Assembly: GCA_963665115.1 (NCBI GenBank)
Contig: OY762007.1
Coordinates: 3,232,001-3,296,000, forward strand
Length of the DNA stretch: 64,000 bases
Origin: an uncultured Rivularia sp.
Lineage (GTDB): Bacteria; Cyanobacteriota; Cyanobacteriia; Cyanobacteriales; Nostocaceae
Reading direction: 5' to 3'
The translations under genes were made by a program, and so were the position numbers. Shown in pieces: positions 1 to 11,187 of this stretch; position 1 is the first letter of the stretch, and every line of letters begins with the position of its first letter. The notes beneath the pieces were generated by a model, which was given only the letters and a program-made list of their open reading frames with translations, did not search any database and was not told where the DNA came from.

Positions 1-180
1 AACGGAAGCAACGGCACTAATGGCACTAATGGCAATGGAACCATGACTGCAGAATTTCCTAGTTCTGCGGCAGAAGTAGATGCACTCAATCAAAAAATGG
101 CGAAAATGCAGTCAGAGATTGATGGTTTGAAAAAACAGCTAACACAGGTTGTTGCCTACATCAAACAAAAGATAAAGTAG
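1..180 (+). CDS. 3' end of an unidentified protein (Asn/Gly/Thr linker, then a C-terminal coiled coil); 5' part outside the window
   Basis: Frame 1 is open from base 1: NGSNGTNGTNGNGTMTAEFPSSAAEVDALNQKMAKMQSEIDGLKKQLTQVVAYIKQKIK, TAG at 178-180; a terminator follows. Confidence 0.7.
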   Translation, partial: NGSNGTNGTNGNGTMTAEFPSSAAEVDALNQKMAKMQSEIDGLKKQLTQVVAYIKQKIK

Positions 181-220
181 CTTTCTTCGTCAATTTAAAA
201 TCTAAGCTCAAATTCTTACT

Positions 221-250
221 AAAGCCTGTATAAACGGGCTTTTTTTATTT
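221..250 (+). terminator. Rho-independent terminator
   Basis: AAAGCCTGT-ATAA-ACGGGCTTT stem followed by a T-run. Confidence 0.7.
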
Positions 251-320
251 GCTCGAAATTTATAGTTTCAGCTTAGCTATACGAAGAGCGTGATGCCAGA
301 GGGATATCTTACCTTGTCAC

Positions 321-686
321 TACTAGCCAACCACGATAATTCTGCGGAGTTCCGGGAGTGCGAGCCGGAAAGCTCGCTAGTTGTCACGTGGGAGCGTCTC
401 GCTCCCACTACATTTTGATTACCCCGCAAAACTAATGTGGTGGAATACTACTAGTCCTTTTCATTTGTTTTAATGGGTTGTAGAGACGTAGCAGTGCTAC
501 GTCTCCCGACGTTAGGTCGAAAACGTACCCCTCAGAATTTATGCAAAGGACTACTACTACCCAACCACATTAATTTTGCGGTGTTAATAATTGTTCGTAG
601 TTGCGCTTCAGCGCCTCTGGATACCGGAATATGAGGCGCTGAAGCGCAACTACGTACCCCTCAGAATTAATGTGGTGGAATACTAC
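321..686. repeat. Three tandem MITE-like cassettes, each with terminal inverted repeats around REP-like palindromes
   Basis: Ends CCAACCACGATAATTCTGCGG...CCGCAAAACTAATGTGGTGG; TAGTCCTTTTCAT...ATGCAAAGGACTA; CCAACCACATTAATTTTGCGG...CCTCAGAATTAATGTGGTGG. Internal palindromes GAGACGTAGCAGTGCTACGTCTC and GTAGTTGCGCTTCAGCGCCTC...GAGGCGCTGAAGCGCAACTAC recur near 44462 and 55388. Confidence 0.7.
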
Positions 687-837
687 GTACTAAGAATATC
701 AATTTGAGTAATACTTAGGCATTTTCACTTATGCAATATACAGAATTTTTAAATTCTTTAACAGCGAATATATTTACTTATTCGTAATACTGAATATCAT
801 TGGTAATTTTTATGAGCGTTTTGATACAGTTGGCTGC

Positions 838-3800
838 TTGATGGGAACAATAAAAACAACACGTGCTAGTGAATTGGGAATAGTCAAAATGGTTTTATCA
901 TCATCTAAGTTATGTATGATTTCTGGGTATCGGATCATTGAGCAAATTCACATAAACAACCAAACTGTTATTTATAGAGGAGTCAGAGAAAAAGATCGTA
1001 AACCAGTAGTCATTAAACTGATGCGAAACGAATATCCTAATCCTCAAGAAATCGCTCAGTTTCGCAACCAGTACTCGATCGGGAAAAATCTAAATACACC
1101 CAGTATTGTCAAATCTTATAGCTTTGAAAATTACAATAAAAGCTATGCCCTTATAATGGAAGACTTTGGGGGAATTGCGTTAAGCAACGAAATAGAACGC
1201 TGGACTTTTGATGGAATACGCCAAAGTCCTGATTTTATCTATTATTTTCTCGATATTTCTATCAAAATAGTATCTGCTATTGATGAGTTACATCGTCATC
1301 AGATAATTCATAAAGATATTAAACCGGATAATATTTTAATTAACTCCAACACTAAGGAAATAAAAATAACAGATTTTAGTATTTCCACAATGTTATCTAG
1401 AGAAGTTCAATTCCTCAGCAATCCTGACGTTTTAGAAGGGACGCTTGCTTATATTTCCCCCGAACAAACTGGAAGGATGAATAGGGGTATTGACTATCGT
1501 AGCGATTATTATTCTCTAGGCATAACTTTGTTTGAGTTGCTAACCGGAGAATTACCTTTCAAAAATGACAACCCATTAGAGTTGATTTACTGTCATATAT
1601 CTCAACAGCCACCAGTTAACAAAATTATTAACTCTAATATCCCTTCGATAATATCAGACATAATTCGTAAATTGATGGAAAAAAATACCGAAGATCGCTA
1701 TCAAAGTGCTTTCGGAATAAAATATGACTTAGAATTATGCTTGCACCATCTACAAAAAAATAAACAGATAGAGCCTTTTGAGTTAGCAACCAAAGATATC
1801 TCAGATCGTTTTTCAATACCTGAAAAACTTTATGGTAGAGAAGTAGAGATACAAGAATTAATTGCTGCTTTTGATAGAGTTATAAATCCTCCCAAACACC
1901 ACATTGAAAAAGAAAAAGAAGTACGGAAAGGTGTAGAAGTAGTTTTTGTAAAAGGTTATTCCGGAATGGGAAAAACCGCAGTTATAGATGAAATCCACAA
2001 ACCCGTTATTAAAGAAAAAGGTTATTTCATCAAAGGGAAATTCAGCCAATTTAAACGAGATATTCCCTTTTCAGCATGGGTAGAAGCCTTAAGCAATTTA
2101 ATAGAGCAACTGCTGAGTGAAAGCGATACACAAATTGAGCAATGGAAAAGCAATATTCTCTCTAGTTTAGGTGACCAAGCTCAAGTAATAGTTGATTTAA
2201 TTCCACAGTTAGAACTAATCATTGGAGTACAACCTGAAGCAGCAGAATTATCTGGTATTGCGGCTCAGAATAGGTTACAGTTCTTATTTCATAAATTCAT
2301 CAAAATTTTCGCAATTAGAAAGCATCCCTTAGTTATATTTTTAGATGATTTGCAATGGGCAGATGCGGCTTCTCTAAATTTTGTTAAATTATTGGTGAGT
2401 GAAAATACTACAGTAAATAATCTAGGTAAATTGTCTAAAAAGTCAGGTATTCAGATGCCTGACTTTAATCAAGCTCACACTAATGATGATGATAATGCTC
2501 TATTGTTCATTGGCTCTTATAGAGATAACGAAGTTGATGTTACACACTCGCTTAATTTAACTATAAAAGAAATTCAACAAGAAAATGTAACTATTAGTTA
2601 TATAAAACTCGAACCTTTACATCAAAGTGATTTAGGTTTCTTGATTGCTGATACTTTTAAGTGCGAAGTAGATAGTATTGTTTTATTAACTCAAGTAGTA
2701 TTTGCTAAAACTAAAGGCAATCCATTCTTCATTCATCAATTTATTAAGGCTTTATATAAAGAGAAAGCGATCAAATTTAATTATGAAAGTGGTCGTTGGC
2801 AATGCGATGTTGCAGATGTAAAAAAATTAGCCCTTACAGATGATGTCGTAGAATTCATGGCGCTTCAAATAAAAAGACTACCAAGCTATAATCAAAAATT
2901 ACTAAAAGTCGCCGCTTGTATTGGCAGTAAATTTGATTTAAAAACTCTTGCTAAAATGAATGGTAAATCGACTGAAGATACGACAACAGAATTATGGGAA
3001 TCCGTATTGCAAGGGTTAGTGTTACCTGTAGTTAAAGACTACGTTTCATCAAATTCCGATCGTGAAATAACAGCATTAATAGTTGATAGTGATGATAAGA
3101 AAGAATTAGCTTTAAATCGTTCTAGAACTAGTCATTTTACATTTATACACGACCGGGTTCAACAAGCCGCTTATTCCTTGATTGCTGAGTCCGACAAACA
3201 GAAGATTCATTTAGAACTAGGAAAACAACTGTTAGAAAAGACTTCTGCCGATTCTTGGAAAGATGATATTTTTGAGACTGTTAATCAGTTCAACAAGGCT
3301 TTAGAATTAGTTACCGTTCAGCAAGAACGTTACGAATTAGCGAAAATGAACGTGCTTGCAGGACAAAAAGCTATCTCATCAACAGCTTATCAAGCAGCAT
3401 TAAAATATTTGAATACAGGAAAAGAACTGCTTATTTCTGATAGCTGGAAGACAGAATATGAATTGAGTCTGGGTTTATATGAAGCATTAGCAGAAGTTAC
3501 ATATTTAACAGGCGATTTTCAGGCTTCTGAAAAATATGTAGAAATAGTATTAGCGCAAGCTAATACGCTATTGGAAAAAATTAAAGTTTATGAAATTAGA
3601 ATTCAAGCTTATGGAGCGCAAGGAAAAGCAATAGAAGCGGTTAATACAGCACTTAATGTTCTCGAACAGTTAGGCATAGAATTTCCTGAGAATCCTACTC
3701 AATCTGATGTTGAACAAGCTATGGCACAAACAGCATTAAATCTTGCTGGCAGAGAAATAGAGGAGTTAGCCGATTTACCAGAAATGACGGAAGCAGAACC

Positions 3801-6570
3801 CTTAGCAGCAATGCGTATTCTCTCGAGTGCAATAACGCTTGCTTATCAAAGCTTCCCAGAACTAATGCCGCTAATTTGCAATAAACAAATTAGCTTATCT
3901 CTCAGACATGGGAATGCTCCCTTATCAGCCCTAGCATATATTACCTATGGATTAATTATGTGCGGAATAGTTGGAGATGTCGAAACTGGGTATAAATTTG
4001 GCAACCTAGCTGAAAACTTAGTAAATAAATTTCAGAACAAGGAAATATCGATCAAGGTGGCAGCGACATACAATCAATTAATAAAACCTTGGAAAGAGCA
4101 TATTACGAATACATTCCAACCTTTAGAAAATGTTTATTGTACTGGTATAGAAGTAGGAGATTTGGAATTCACGGCTCATGCTCTGAATGCTTTCTCTTAT
4201 CATGCATATTTTCTAGGCAAAGAACTAGAAGTACTGCAAGCAAATATTTTTAGTTACAGTGTTACTATTGAGCGAATCAAGCACGATAGAATTATTTACT
4301 GGAATGAAATCTATCGGCAAACTATCTTAAATTTGTATGAATGCGTTGAAGATCCATGCACTTTAAATGGTGAGGCATATAAAGAAGAAAAAAATATACC
4401 GCTTCATGTGGCAGCTAAAGATGGAGTTGCACTTTTTTGCTTATACATATGCAAGCTACAACTATGTTATCTGTTTGAAGAATATCTTGAAGCTTTTGAA
4501 AATGGAATCAAAGCAGAATATTATTTATATGGTGGAATTGCAAAATTCATTACTCCTCAGTTCTATTTCTACGACTCATTAACGCACTTGGCATTATACC
4601 CTGAAGCTTCTGAATCCGAGCAAAAGGAATTTATCGAAAAAGTAACGGCTAATCAAGAAAAAATGCAACATTGGGCAAATCATGCTCCGATGAATTTTCT
4701 GCATAAATTTCATTTAGTAGAAGCCGAAAAGAATAGCGTTTTAGGAAAAAAAATGGAAGCAATGGAACTATTTGATTTAGCCATTGCTGGAGCAAAAGAA
4801 AACGAATATCTTCATGAAGAAGCACTTGCGAACGAACTTGCAGCAAAATTCTATCTAAAATGGGGTAGGCAAAAAATAGCAAAAGCTTATCTTGATGATG
4901 CTTACTATGGCTACATTCGTTGGGGTGCAAAAGCTAAAGTTAAGGATTTGCAAAAACGCTATCCTCAATTACTTAATCATATTGTTTCACAGGAAGAAAC
5001 TAATAATACCGATAAAAATACTTCTTTAAGCGATATTAAACAACTATCTGAGATTAATAATCATAAAACCATATCAGGTACCAATAGCACCATCTCAACA
5101 TATTTAGATTTGGAATCAGTAATTCAAGCTTCTCAAGCACTTTCCGAACAAATACAGTTAGACGATTTACTTTCTACTTTGATGAAAGTGATTATGGAAA
5201 ATGCGGGAGCCTCTAAATCTGCTTTAATTTTAAGTAAAAATGCTAATTTAGAGTTGGAGCTAACTGCAATTAGTTGCAACGATAATATATCTTCTATTTC
5301 TACAGAATTACTTTTTACTCCTTTAGAGTCCAATAACAACGTTCCACTAAGTTTAATTAATTATGTCAAACGTACAAAGGAAAGTATCGTAATAGACGAT
5401 GTTGACACCCAAGATAACTTAGCTGCTGATAGCTACATTATCGCTCGAAAACCTAAAAGCATATTATGTATCCCAATTATTAACCAAGGAAAATTCTTCG
5501 GAATTCTTTACCTTGAAAATAAGCTAACAATAGGAGTCTTTACTCACAATCGTATAAACCTGATAAATTTAATTACTAATCAAGCTGCAATTTCTCTTAA
5601 GAATGCAATCCTTTACGATAATTTGATTGAAGCAAAAGAAAATTTAGAAAATCACAATCAAAGTTTAGAGGAAAAAGTTGTACAAAGAACGCAAGAGATT
5701 AATGACAAAAATAAAAACCTGGAAAAGGCTTTAAAGCAGCTACAAAGTACACAAGCTCAATTAGTTCAAACTGAAAAAATGTCAAGCTTAGGACAAATGA
5801 TAGCAGGAATTGCCCATGAAATTAATAACCCTGTAAATTTTATTCATGGCAATATTAATCATGCAGCTCAATATGTCCAATATTTAGTAGACTTAATCGT
5901 TATTTATCAGCAAGAATATACCAATCCCAACTCGATTGTTGTAAAGAAAGCTTCTGAAATTGATATAGATTTTGTACTTGAAGACTTACCCAAACTTCTG
6001 AATTCCATACAGGTAGGAACTTCACGTATTCGTAACATTATTTTAGGGTTACGTAACTTCTCTCGTTTGGATGAAGCCGAAATGAAATCTGTAGATGTTC
6101 ATGAAGGAATAGAAAACACCTTGATGATTTTGCAACACCGATTTAAAGCAAAAGATAGCCATCCCGAAATTCAAGTCATCAAAGAATATGGACAGCTATC
6201 TGAAATTACTTGTTACCCAAGTCAGCTTAACCAGGTGTTTATGAATATTTTGAGTAATGCAATTGATGTATTTAAAGAATCACAAATAAAACCTCAAAAA
6301 TTTGAAAATCCTACAATTTGTATTTCGACACAACTAGTAAATTCAAATACAGTAAGAATTCAGATTGCAGACAATGGTTCCGGAATTGAACAAAAAGTGC
6401 AGCAGAAAATATTTGATCCGTTTTTTACTACTAAACCAGTCGGAAGTGGTACGGGATTGGGTTTATCAATTAGCTATCAGATTATTGTTGAAAAGCATAA
6501 AGGTCAATTGATTTGTAATTCTAAAGTAGGAGAGGGGACTGAGTTTGTGATTGAAATACCGATGTCATAA
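838..6570 (+). CDS. Hybrid Ser/Thr kinase - AAA ATPase - GAF - histidine kinase (HstK/Pkn-type); start may be ATG 889
   Basis: Catalytic loop [27 protein letters not shown]-loop [19 protein letters not shown] segment, H-box [10 protein letters not shown]-boxes DNGSG and GTGLGL. Confidence 0.92.
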   Translation: MMGTIKTTRASELGIVKMVLSSSKLCMISGYRIIEQIHINNQTVIYRGVREKDRKPVVIKLMRNEYPNPQEIAQFRNQYSIGKNLNTPSIVKSYSFENYNKSYALIMEDFGGIALSNEIERWTFDGIRQSPDFIYYFLDISIKIVSAIDELHRHQIIHKDIKPDNILINSNTKEIKITDFSISTMLSREVQFLSNPDVLEGTLAYISPEQTGRMNRGIDYRSDYYSLGITLFELLTGELPFKNDNPLELIYCHISQQPPVNKIINSNIPSIISDIIRKLMEKNTEDRYQSAFGIKYDLELCLHHLQKNKQIEPFELATKDISDRFSIPEKLYGREVEIQELIAAFDRVINPPKHHIEKEKEVRKGVEVVFVKGYSGMGKTAVIDEIHKPVIKEKGYFIKGKFSQFKRDIPFSAWVEALSNLIEQLLSESDTQIEQWKSNILSSLGDQAQVIVDLIPQLELIIGVQPEAAELSGIAAQNRLQFLFHKFIKIFAIRKHPLVIFLDDLQWADAASLNFVKLLVSENTTVNNLGKLSKKSGIQMPDFNQAHTNDDDNALLFIGSYRDNEVDVTHSLNLTIKEIQQENVTISYIKLEPLHQSDLGFLIADTFKCEVDSIVLLTQVVFAKTKGNPFFIHQFIKALYKEKAIKFNYESGRWQCDVADVKKLALTDDVVEFMALQIKRLPSYNQKLLKVAACIGSKFDLKTLAKMNGKSTEDTTTELWESVLQGLVLPVVKDYVSSNSDREITALIVDSDDKKELALNRSRTSHFTFIHDRVQQAAYSLIAESDKQKIHLELGKQLLEKTSADSWKDDIFETVNQFNKALELVTVQQERYELAKMNVLAGQKAISSTAYQAALKYLNTGKELLISDSWKTEYELSLGLYEALAEVTYLTGDFQASEKYVEIVLAQANTLLEKIKVYEIRIQAYGAQGKAIEAVNTALNVLEQLGIEFPENPTQSDVEQAMAQTALNLAGREIEELADLPEMTEAEPLAAMRILSSAITLAYQSFPELMPLICNKQISLSLRHGNAPLSALAYITYGLIMCGIVGDVETGYKFGNLAENLVNKFQNKEISIKVAATYNQLIKPWKEHITNTFQPLENVYCTGIEVGDLEFTAHALNAFSYHAYFLGKELEVLQANIFSYSVTIERIKHDRIIYWNEIYRQTILNLYECVEDPCTLNGEAYKEEKNIPLHVAAKDGVALFCLYICKLQLCYLFEEYLEAFENGIKAEYYLYGGIAKFITPQFYFYDSLTHLALYPEASESEQKEFIEKVTANQEKMQHWANHAPMNFLHKFHLVEAEKNSVLGKKMEAMELFDLAIAGAKENEYLHEEALANELAAKFYLKWGRQKIAKAYLDDAYYGYIRWGAKAKVKDLQKRYPQLLNHIVSQEETNNTDKNTSLSDIKQLSEINNHKTISGTNSTISTYLDLESVIQASQALSEQIQLDDLLSTLMKVIMENAGASKSALILSKNANLELELTAISCNDNISSISTELLFTPLESNNNVPLSLINYVKRTKESIVIDDVDTQDNLAADSYIIARKPKSILCIPIINQGKFFGILYLENKLTIGVFTHNRINLINLITNQAAISLKNAILYDNLIEAKENLENHNQSLEEKVVQRTQEINDKNKNLEKALKQLQSTQAQLVQTEKMSSLGQMIAGIAHEINNPVNFIHGNINHAAQYVQYLVDLIVIYQQEYTNPNSIVVKKASEIDIDFVLEDLPKLLNSIQVGTSRIRNIILGLRNFSRLDEAEMKSVDVHEGIENTLMILQHRFKAKDSHPEIQVIKEYGQLSEITCYPSQLNQVFMNILSNAIDVFKESQIKPQKFENPTICISTQLVNSNTVRIQIADNGSGIEQKVQQKIFDPFFTTKPVGSGTGLGLSISYQIIVEKHKGQLICNSKVGEGTEFVIEIPMS

Positions 6571-6626
6571 GATTAAGAAGATTCTACACGAATCAATATT
6601 TATATCTTTGTTCAGCAACCTCAAAT

Positions 6627-7361
6627 TCATTTATGTTTCATCGCAGTATAAAATGTAGGAACTTTAGGATAATTTCCATCTGGAAGTAAGAAAGCAATAT
6701 TAAGACAATCTTCTCCTGATTTCAATATTTCAAAATCGGGAAATAAACTTACTATTTCCTCTAATGTAACTGTACCCGGTCTCAAACCATGTTCGAGTAC
6801 AATTGTCATTTCGTCAGGCAGTTTCCCATATTTTTCTCTTATAGAATTAAAGTAGTTTACTGCATTTATACCTAGCTCAATAAGATAAATGAGACCGCTA
6901 TTTCCTAGCAATATCTGTAGAGATTCAGCGAATCTAGAACGCTTTTCTACCGGAATATGATGAAAACCCGTTCTCATATAGATATTAGCATCGCCGATTT
7001 CAGAATGAAGAGATTCTGCTTGCTCTGGCTTTAAAGCATCGAGTATTCGATATTCTATGTTTGAAGCATGATGCTTAGCTTTAGCCATTTCTAAAGCGCT
7101 TTTAGAAACATCAATTCCAATTACCTTTGTAAAATAGTCTGCAAGAAAACGAGTTTGGGTACCATTGCCACAAGCAAAGTCAATTAAAGGCAATTGAGAA
7201 TCCATCGCATCTTTGAAACGAGGTAGATCCCTAGCTGCTGCAACTTCGGGGCTGCAATCCCACAAGATAGGGTTAGACAACTTAGAAGTTTTATTCCAAT
7301 AAGATTCCCACGCGGAAGAAATATCTATATTTGGTTTGTCTTCCAAAATTATTTTTTCCAT
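6627..7361 (-). CDS. Class I SAM-dependent methyltransferase
   Basis: Motif I LIDFACGNG, then VIGIDVS and FHHIP; third gene of a co-oriented trio. Confidence 0.85.
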   Translation of the reverse strand: MEKIILEDKPNIDISSAWESYWNKTSKLSNPILWDCSPEVAAARDLPRFKDAMDSQLPLIDFACGNGTQTRFLADYFTKVIGIDVSKSALEMAKAKHHASNIEYRILDALKPEQAESLHSEIGDANIYMRTGFHHIPVEKRSRFAESLQILLGNSGLIYLIELGINAVNYFNSIREKYGKLPDEMTIVLEHGLRPGTVTLEEIVSLFPDFEILKSGEDCLNIAFLLPDGNYPKVPTFYTAMKHK

Positions 7362-7582
7362 CAGTCAATTAAATCTCCACTAGAGGTAACAAAAGTTGGT
7401 GTACAATCAAACTAAAAGTCATTATTTAATGAACTCATCTATTAACTATTAGTTTGTTACAAGTAAGTTCGCTCAAATAAACCTAACTATGTAACTAAAC
7501 TTAAAATACTCGAAACCACTGCGATTGCTTAATTTCGCTCTAATTCGTTCGCAATGACGTAGAGATAAATTTCTCCACTCAC

Positions 7583-9181
7583 CTAGTTAATATTAGAGAG
7601 TGATGCTTCTAATCGAATTGTTTCACTCTCACTTGATAATTGATGACTTAAGAATTTTAGTAATGGATTAGTATGAACATCTTCTAGCCATTCACTATCT
7701 ATATCTTCAATAACATGATGTTCTGCGATCAACTTACTACCACAGAAGTGACGAATTATAGGATGTATACCCGAACTTAATGAAGCTCGCTCGACATCAT
7801 CTTTATGAATCCTCTCAACTGCAAATGGATCTGGACTTGCAAATATGATATCAAGTCCAAATTCTAAAGTTACAGTATAGTAATGTTTTTGCTGACCTAA
7901 ATTGCTATCATGTACATAATCTGTAGGAATATCTCTGTAGTATCGTGCTTTATTGTCATCTTTAGATACTACAATAAGGTCACACAAATATCCAGTTTGC
8001 TGCCATAAACCAGAGCTTTTATTTACTCGCTGAATAATAGTCTGCATTAAAATTTCAGCAGTACAGTCAATTCTCTGGCAAGGTAGCTGTTGATTATAAT
8101 ATTTATAATCTAATATTTGATGTAATGCCCGAATGTTATAGCGGAATCCGTGAATAAAGCCGGATTGTTTCTTTTTATAATCCCGCATATGAGTCAATAT
8201 TCCAACAAAATATAAGTCTTTAATGTTGGTTGATTCCCATTCACTTGTTTGATTTGGGTAGCGATTATTAATAGTTAACTGAGGCTGACATGATTCATCA
8301 AAGATAGAGTTATCGAAACGGAAGCCAGTACATACTATTACACGATCGTAAATTAAATCCTCAACTTCTCCATCTGCGTGTCCGTAGGTAAAGGTAACAA
8401 TGTATTTACCTTCTTTAAACTCAATTTTTTCTACATTAGCGTCCAAAACTACATTTTGCGATTTCAGCTGGTAAGTATCAAGAAAGTTGTTGTTGATGCC
8501 TCTCAAATGCCCAACATATTTAGTCTTCCATGCCATCTCTACAGGAGTGGGACTAACTATATGAATAAGTGAAGCTGTTGCAACTAAATTATCAGCAGTT
8601 TCAAAGCCAGAGTTTCCTTTACCAATAATCAATACCCGTTGATTCGCAAAGTCTTCTGGATCTACTGATACATCTGTATAATTTTCCGCGAACTCTATTC
8701 CAGGAATGTCTGGGACATATGGTTTACTAAAACCAGTAGCTACAATTAAACGAGCCGCTGAGAAAACATTACCATTGCTATCTATCACCATAAATTTATT
8801 ATTTTTGGCGATTCTAACAACTTGGCAATTATATTTGATATTGAGGTTAAAATGATTGGCGAAATCACCGAAATATCTAACCAAATCATCTGTATGGGGA
8901 AAATATTCTCTGCTGTAATTCTTAAAAAGCATTTCTTCACTATCGCTTAATAAAGAATTCCAATCCCAACGAAGATTTATCTCAGAATCTTCAAACCCTG
9001 TGTATACTTTATTAATTGAAATTAACTTTTTATGTCTAGGAAACTTATTAAAAAAGTTTCCCGCTTTATTTGAACCTTCAAGAATAAGATAATCACGATT
9101 AGCTTTTTCGAGATAATAACCAAGCTGTAATCCAGCAGGGCCTGCACCAATAATCAAGTATTCAAATTCTGGTAAAATCAT
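7583..9181 (-). CDS. FAD/NAD(P)H-dependent oxidoreductase, FOXRED2 (ERFAD)-like, class-B flavin monooxygenase architecture
   Basis: FAD motif IIGAGPAG, ATG motif LIVATG, second Rossmann motif IIGKGNSG, CTGF; the FPRHKKLISINKVYTG...NLRWDWNSLL segment matches FOXRED2 as I recall it. Confidence 0.8.
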   Translation of the reverse strand: MILPEFEYLIIGAGPAGLQLGYYLEKANRDYLILEGSNKAGNFFNKFPRHKKLISINKVYTGFEDSEINLRWDWNSLLSDSEEMLFKNYSREYFPHTDDLVRYFGDFANHFNLNIKYNCQVVRIAKNNKFMVIDSNGNVFSAARLIVATGFSKPYVPDIPGIEFAENYTDVSVDPEDFANQRVLIIGKGNSGFETADNLVATASLIHIVSPTPVEMAWKTKYVGHLRGINNNFLDTYQLKSQNVVLDANVEKIEFKEGKYIVTFTYGHADGEVEDLIYDRVIVCTGFRFDNSIFDESCQPQLTINNRYPNQTSEWESTNIKDLYFVGILTHMRDYKKKQSGFIHGFRYNIRALHQILDYKYYNQQLPCQRIDCTAEILMQTIIQRVNKSSGLWQQTGYLCDLIVVSKDDNKARYYRDIPTDYVHDSNLGQQKHYYTVTLEFGLDIIFASPDPFAVERIHKDDVERASLSSGIHPIIRHFCGSKLIAEHHVIEDIDSEWLEDVHTNPLLKFLSHQLSSESETIRLEASLSNIN

Positions 9182-9339
9182 AATATTCTAGTAACAGCCA
9201 AGAATTTATACAACAGAAAAGCGCTTTTTAGGACTATTTAAGCTTGTTTTTACAAATGTAAAATTAAAATACAGGAGAAAAACCTATATATTCAATTATT
9301 AAAATTATAAAAAAGAATGAAATAGTCCTGTGAAAGCAT

Positions 9340-10089
9340 TTAGACAATAGATAATGTTTTTTCAACAAGCTCAGATTCGATAAAAGGTTTATCCATATAG
9401 TGTTTATGAGCAAAAAGAAGCATCTCGTTTGTTGCGTTCATAAAGTCTGTAAATACTCTTTCTACCAAAATAAAAGCTTTTTCTTTTTGCAGTTCTGTAA
9501 GCTTTATTTCTTCAAGAAAATGCTCTATATCATCCATATCCGATTGAATATGACCTGTTTCGACAGCATAATGAGAGTGTGCAAAATAAGGATGATGTTG
9601 TTTTGTAATTTTCTTTAATTCCTCAGCCACTAATCCTGTCTCATACAAGGCGACATTTCCTGTCACTTCTATTGATTCAATAATAACCAGCTTCATTAAC
9701 AAATCATCTTCAAAACTACACATTCCGAATAGGTTATAAGCCATCAAACGGACATTTTGTGTTTCTTCTCCCCACACAAATCTTAAGGCATCTGTAAAAT
9801 TATATTGATTATCAAAGCCAAGTAACTTAAGGTCTTGTAAAAACCATTTCCAATGACGACCATCCTCATAAGTATGCTGGTTTATCATTTGTTGGATTTT
9901 GTTATTAGCTGGCTCTTTACGAAGAGTAAGACTATTAAAGTCTTTAAAACTCATGGCAAAAGGTGTAAAGCAAGGGGCCCAAGCTAGCCTTTGTCTTGGA
10001 TGTATGCTTTTATCTTGGAGGAACTTAATAAATGGTGATTGAGCAAACTCCTGTTTTTTTATTTGAATGTATTCCAAAACTTCTTTCAT
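9340..10089 (-). CDS. Heme-oxygenase-like diiron oxidase (HDO), AetD/BesC type
   Basis: HTYEDGRHWKWFLQDLKLLGFD, ALRFVW, VIIESIEVTG and HSHYAVETGH carry the His/Glu/Asp diiron ligand pattern and parallel AetD as recalled; AAGGAG RBS supports ATG at 10089 (track start 10095). Confidence 0.8.
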   Translation of the reverse strand: MKEVLEYIQIKKQEFAQSPFIKFLQDKSIHPRQRLAWAPCFTPFAMSFKDFNSLTLRKEPANNKIQQMINQHTYEDGRHWKWFLQDLKLLGFDNQYNFTDALRFVWGEETQNVRLMAYNLFGMCSFEDDLLMKLVIIESIEVTGNVALYETGLVAEELKKITKQHHPYFAHSHYAVETGHIQSDMDDIEHFLEEIKLTELQKEKAFILVERVFTDFMNATNEMLLFAHKHYMDKPFIESELVEKTLSIV

Positions 10090-11052
10090 TTTCAATACTC
10101 CTTACATTAATTACCTAGCTGCAAAAAATCGGAATAAAACACCGGCATTTAAACTTTTCGTAATTCCTATTCGATGTTTTCTTATTAGCTTCTAATTTCA
10201 GTAGCTAGCTTTCTAAAACTATTATTGAATAATTTTTAAGTGTAAATATCCGTAAATACGTTTAACTATGTGTTTATTTTCAAAAAAAAATAACGGAGTA
10301 TTAATGCATCCAGAATTAAAAATTAAATACATAGTATATAGATAAATATCTAATATTATATTTTTCAAATTAGCGTATATTTAACGACTTATACCATGTC
10401 AGTAATCTGATGTAACCCTATCAAAACCGTAAAATAGTAGGCTTTATTACTTACTTGTATTGGCTAAAGATTTCAAATACTTAATAACTATAAAAATTAT
10501 CTAGCTATTTTTATTTACAGAACACTTAAGTATTATCCACTAAATGTCAACAAACCGTAATTTTATTTATTGGCTAAATATTTGCTTATTAATTAATTTT
10601 CAAAACTTGAAAAGTGGTTAAAATCTTTGATATACCTTTTAAATTAGACATCATATATAATTGAGAAAATAATGTACGCTTTTATACGTCAAGCTAATAA
10701 GCGTCAAATAGACATTTAATAACATCCAAATAGGTAGATGATTTTTTTAGGGAAATATAGTATACGCCTTAAGATTCAAAAATAGTAGTTTTTTATATAT
10801 CTTTTGATAGATGACTATTTAATTTTTAATGTCTTTCTATCACAGTCCGAAACAGTTACACTACAGAATCCATTTTCTTATCAGTAATCTAGAAACAAGC
10901 GCGAAAGAATATATCAAATTGAATTGATGTAGCTGCCTTTCATCCCGATATTTTGTCCGGTAGAATGCTAATAAGAAAGGTTTTACTTAGGTTCAAACTA
11001 ATAAAAACCAATTAGATATATTTGAGATTATCTACCTTGTATAAAAAAATAA

Positions 11053-11086
11053 AAATGGCTGTTCGCTTTAATTGGAACAGCCATTT
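11053..11086 (-). terminator. Hairpin downstream of ndhB, probable terminator
   Basis: AAATGGCTGTTC...GAACAGCCATTT 12-bp stem with an A-run on the left (T-run on the minus strand). Confidence 0.55.
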
Positions 11087-11187
11087 ACTATTAATGAAAA
11101 ATTATTCTTTTGACAACACTTAAGTATTGCTAACGAAAGATCGTTTTCAAGCTCCTTGTAATAAAGGAGCGAAAAAAGTAATTCCTT

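Noticed and set aside
6627..10089. Aetokthonotoxin (aet) gene cluster
   Set aside because: Only the AetD-like gene is present; no recognisable halogenase, tryptophanase or P450 in the window
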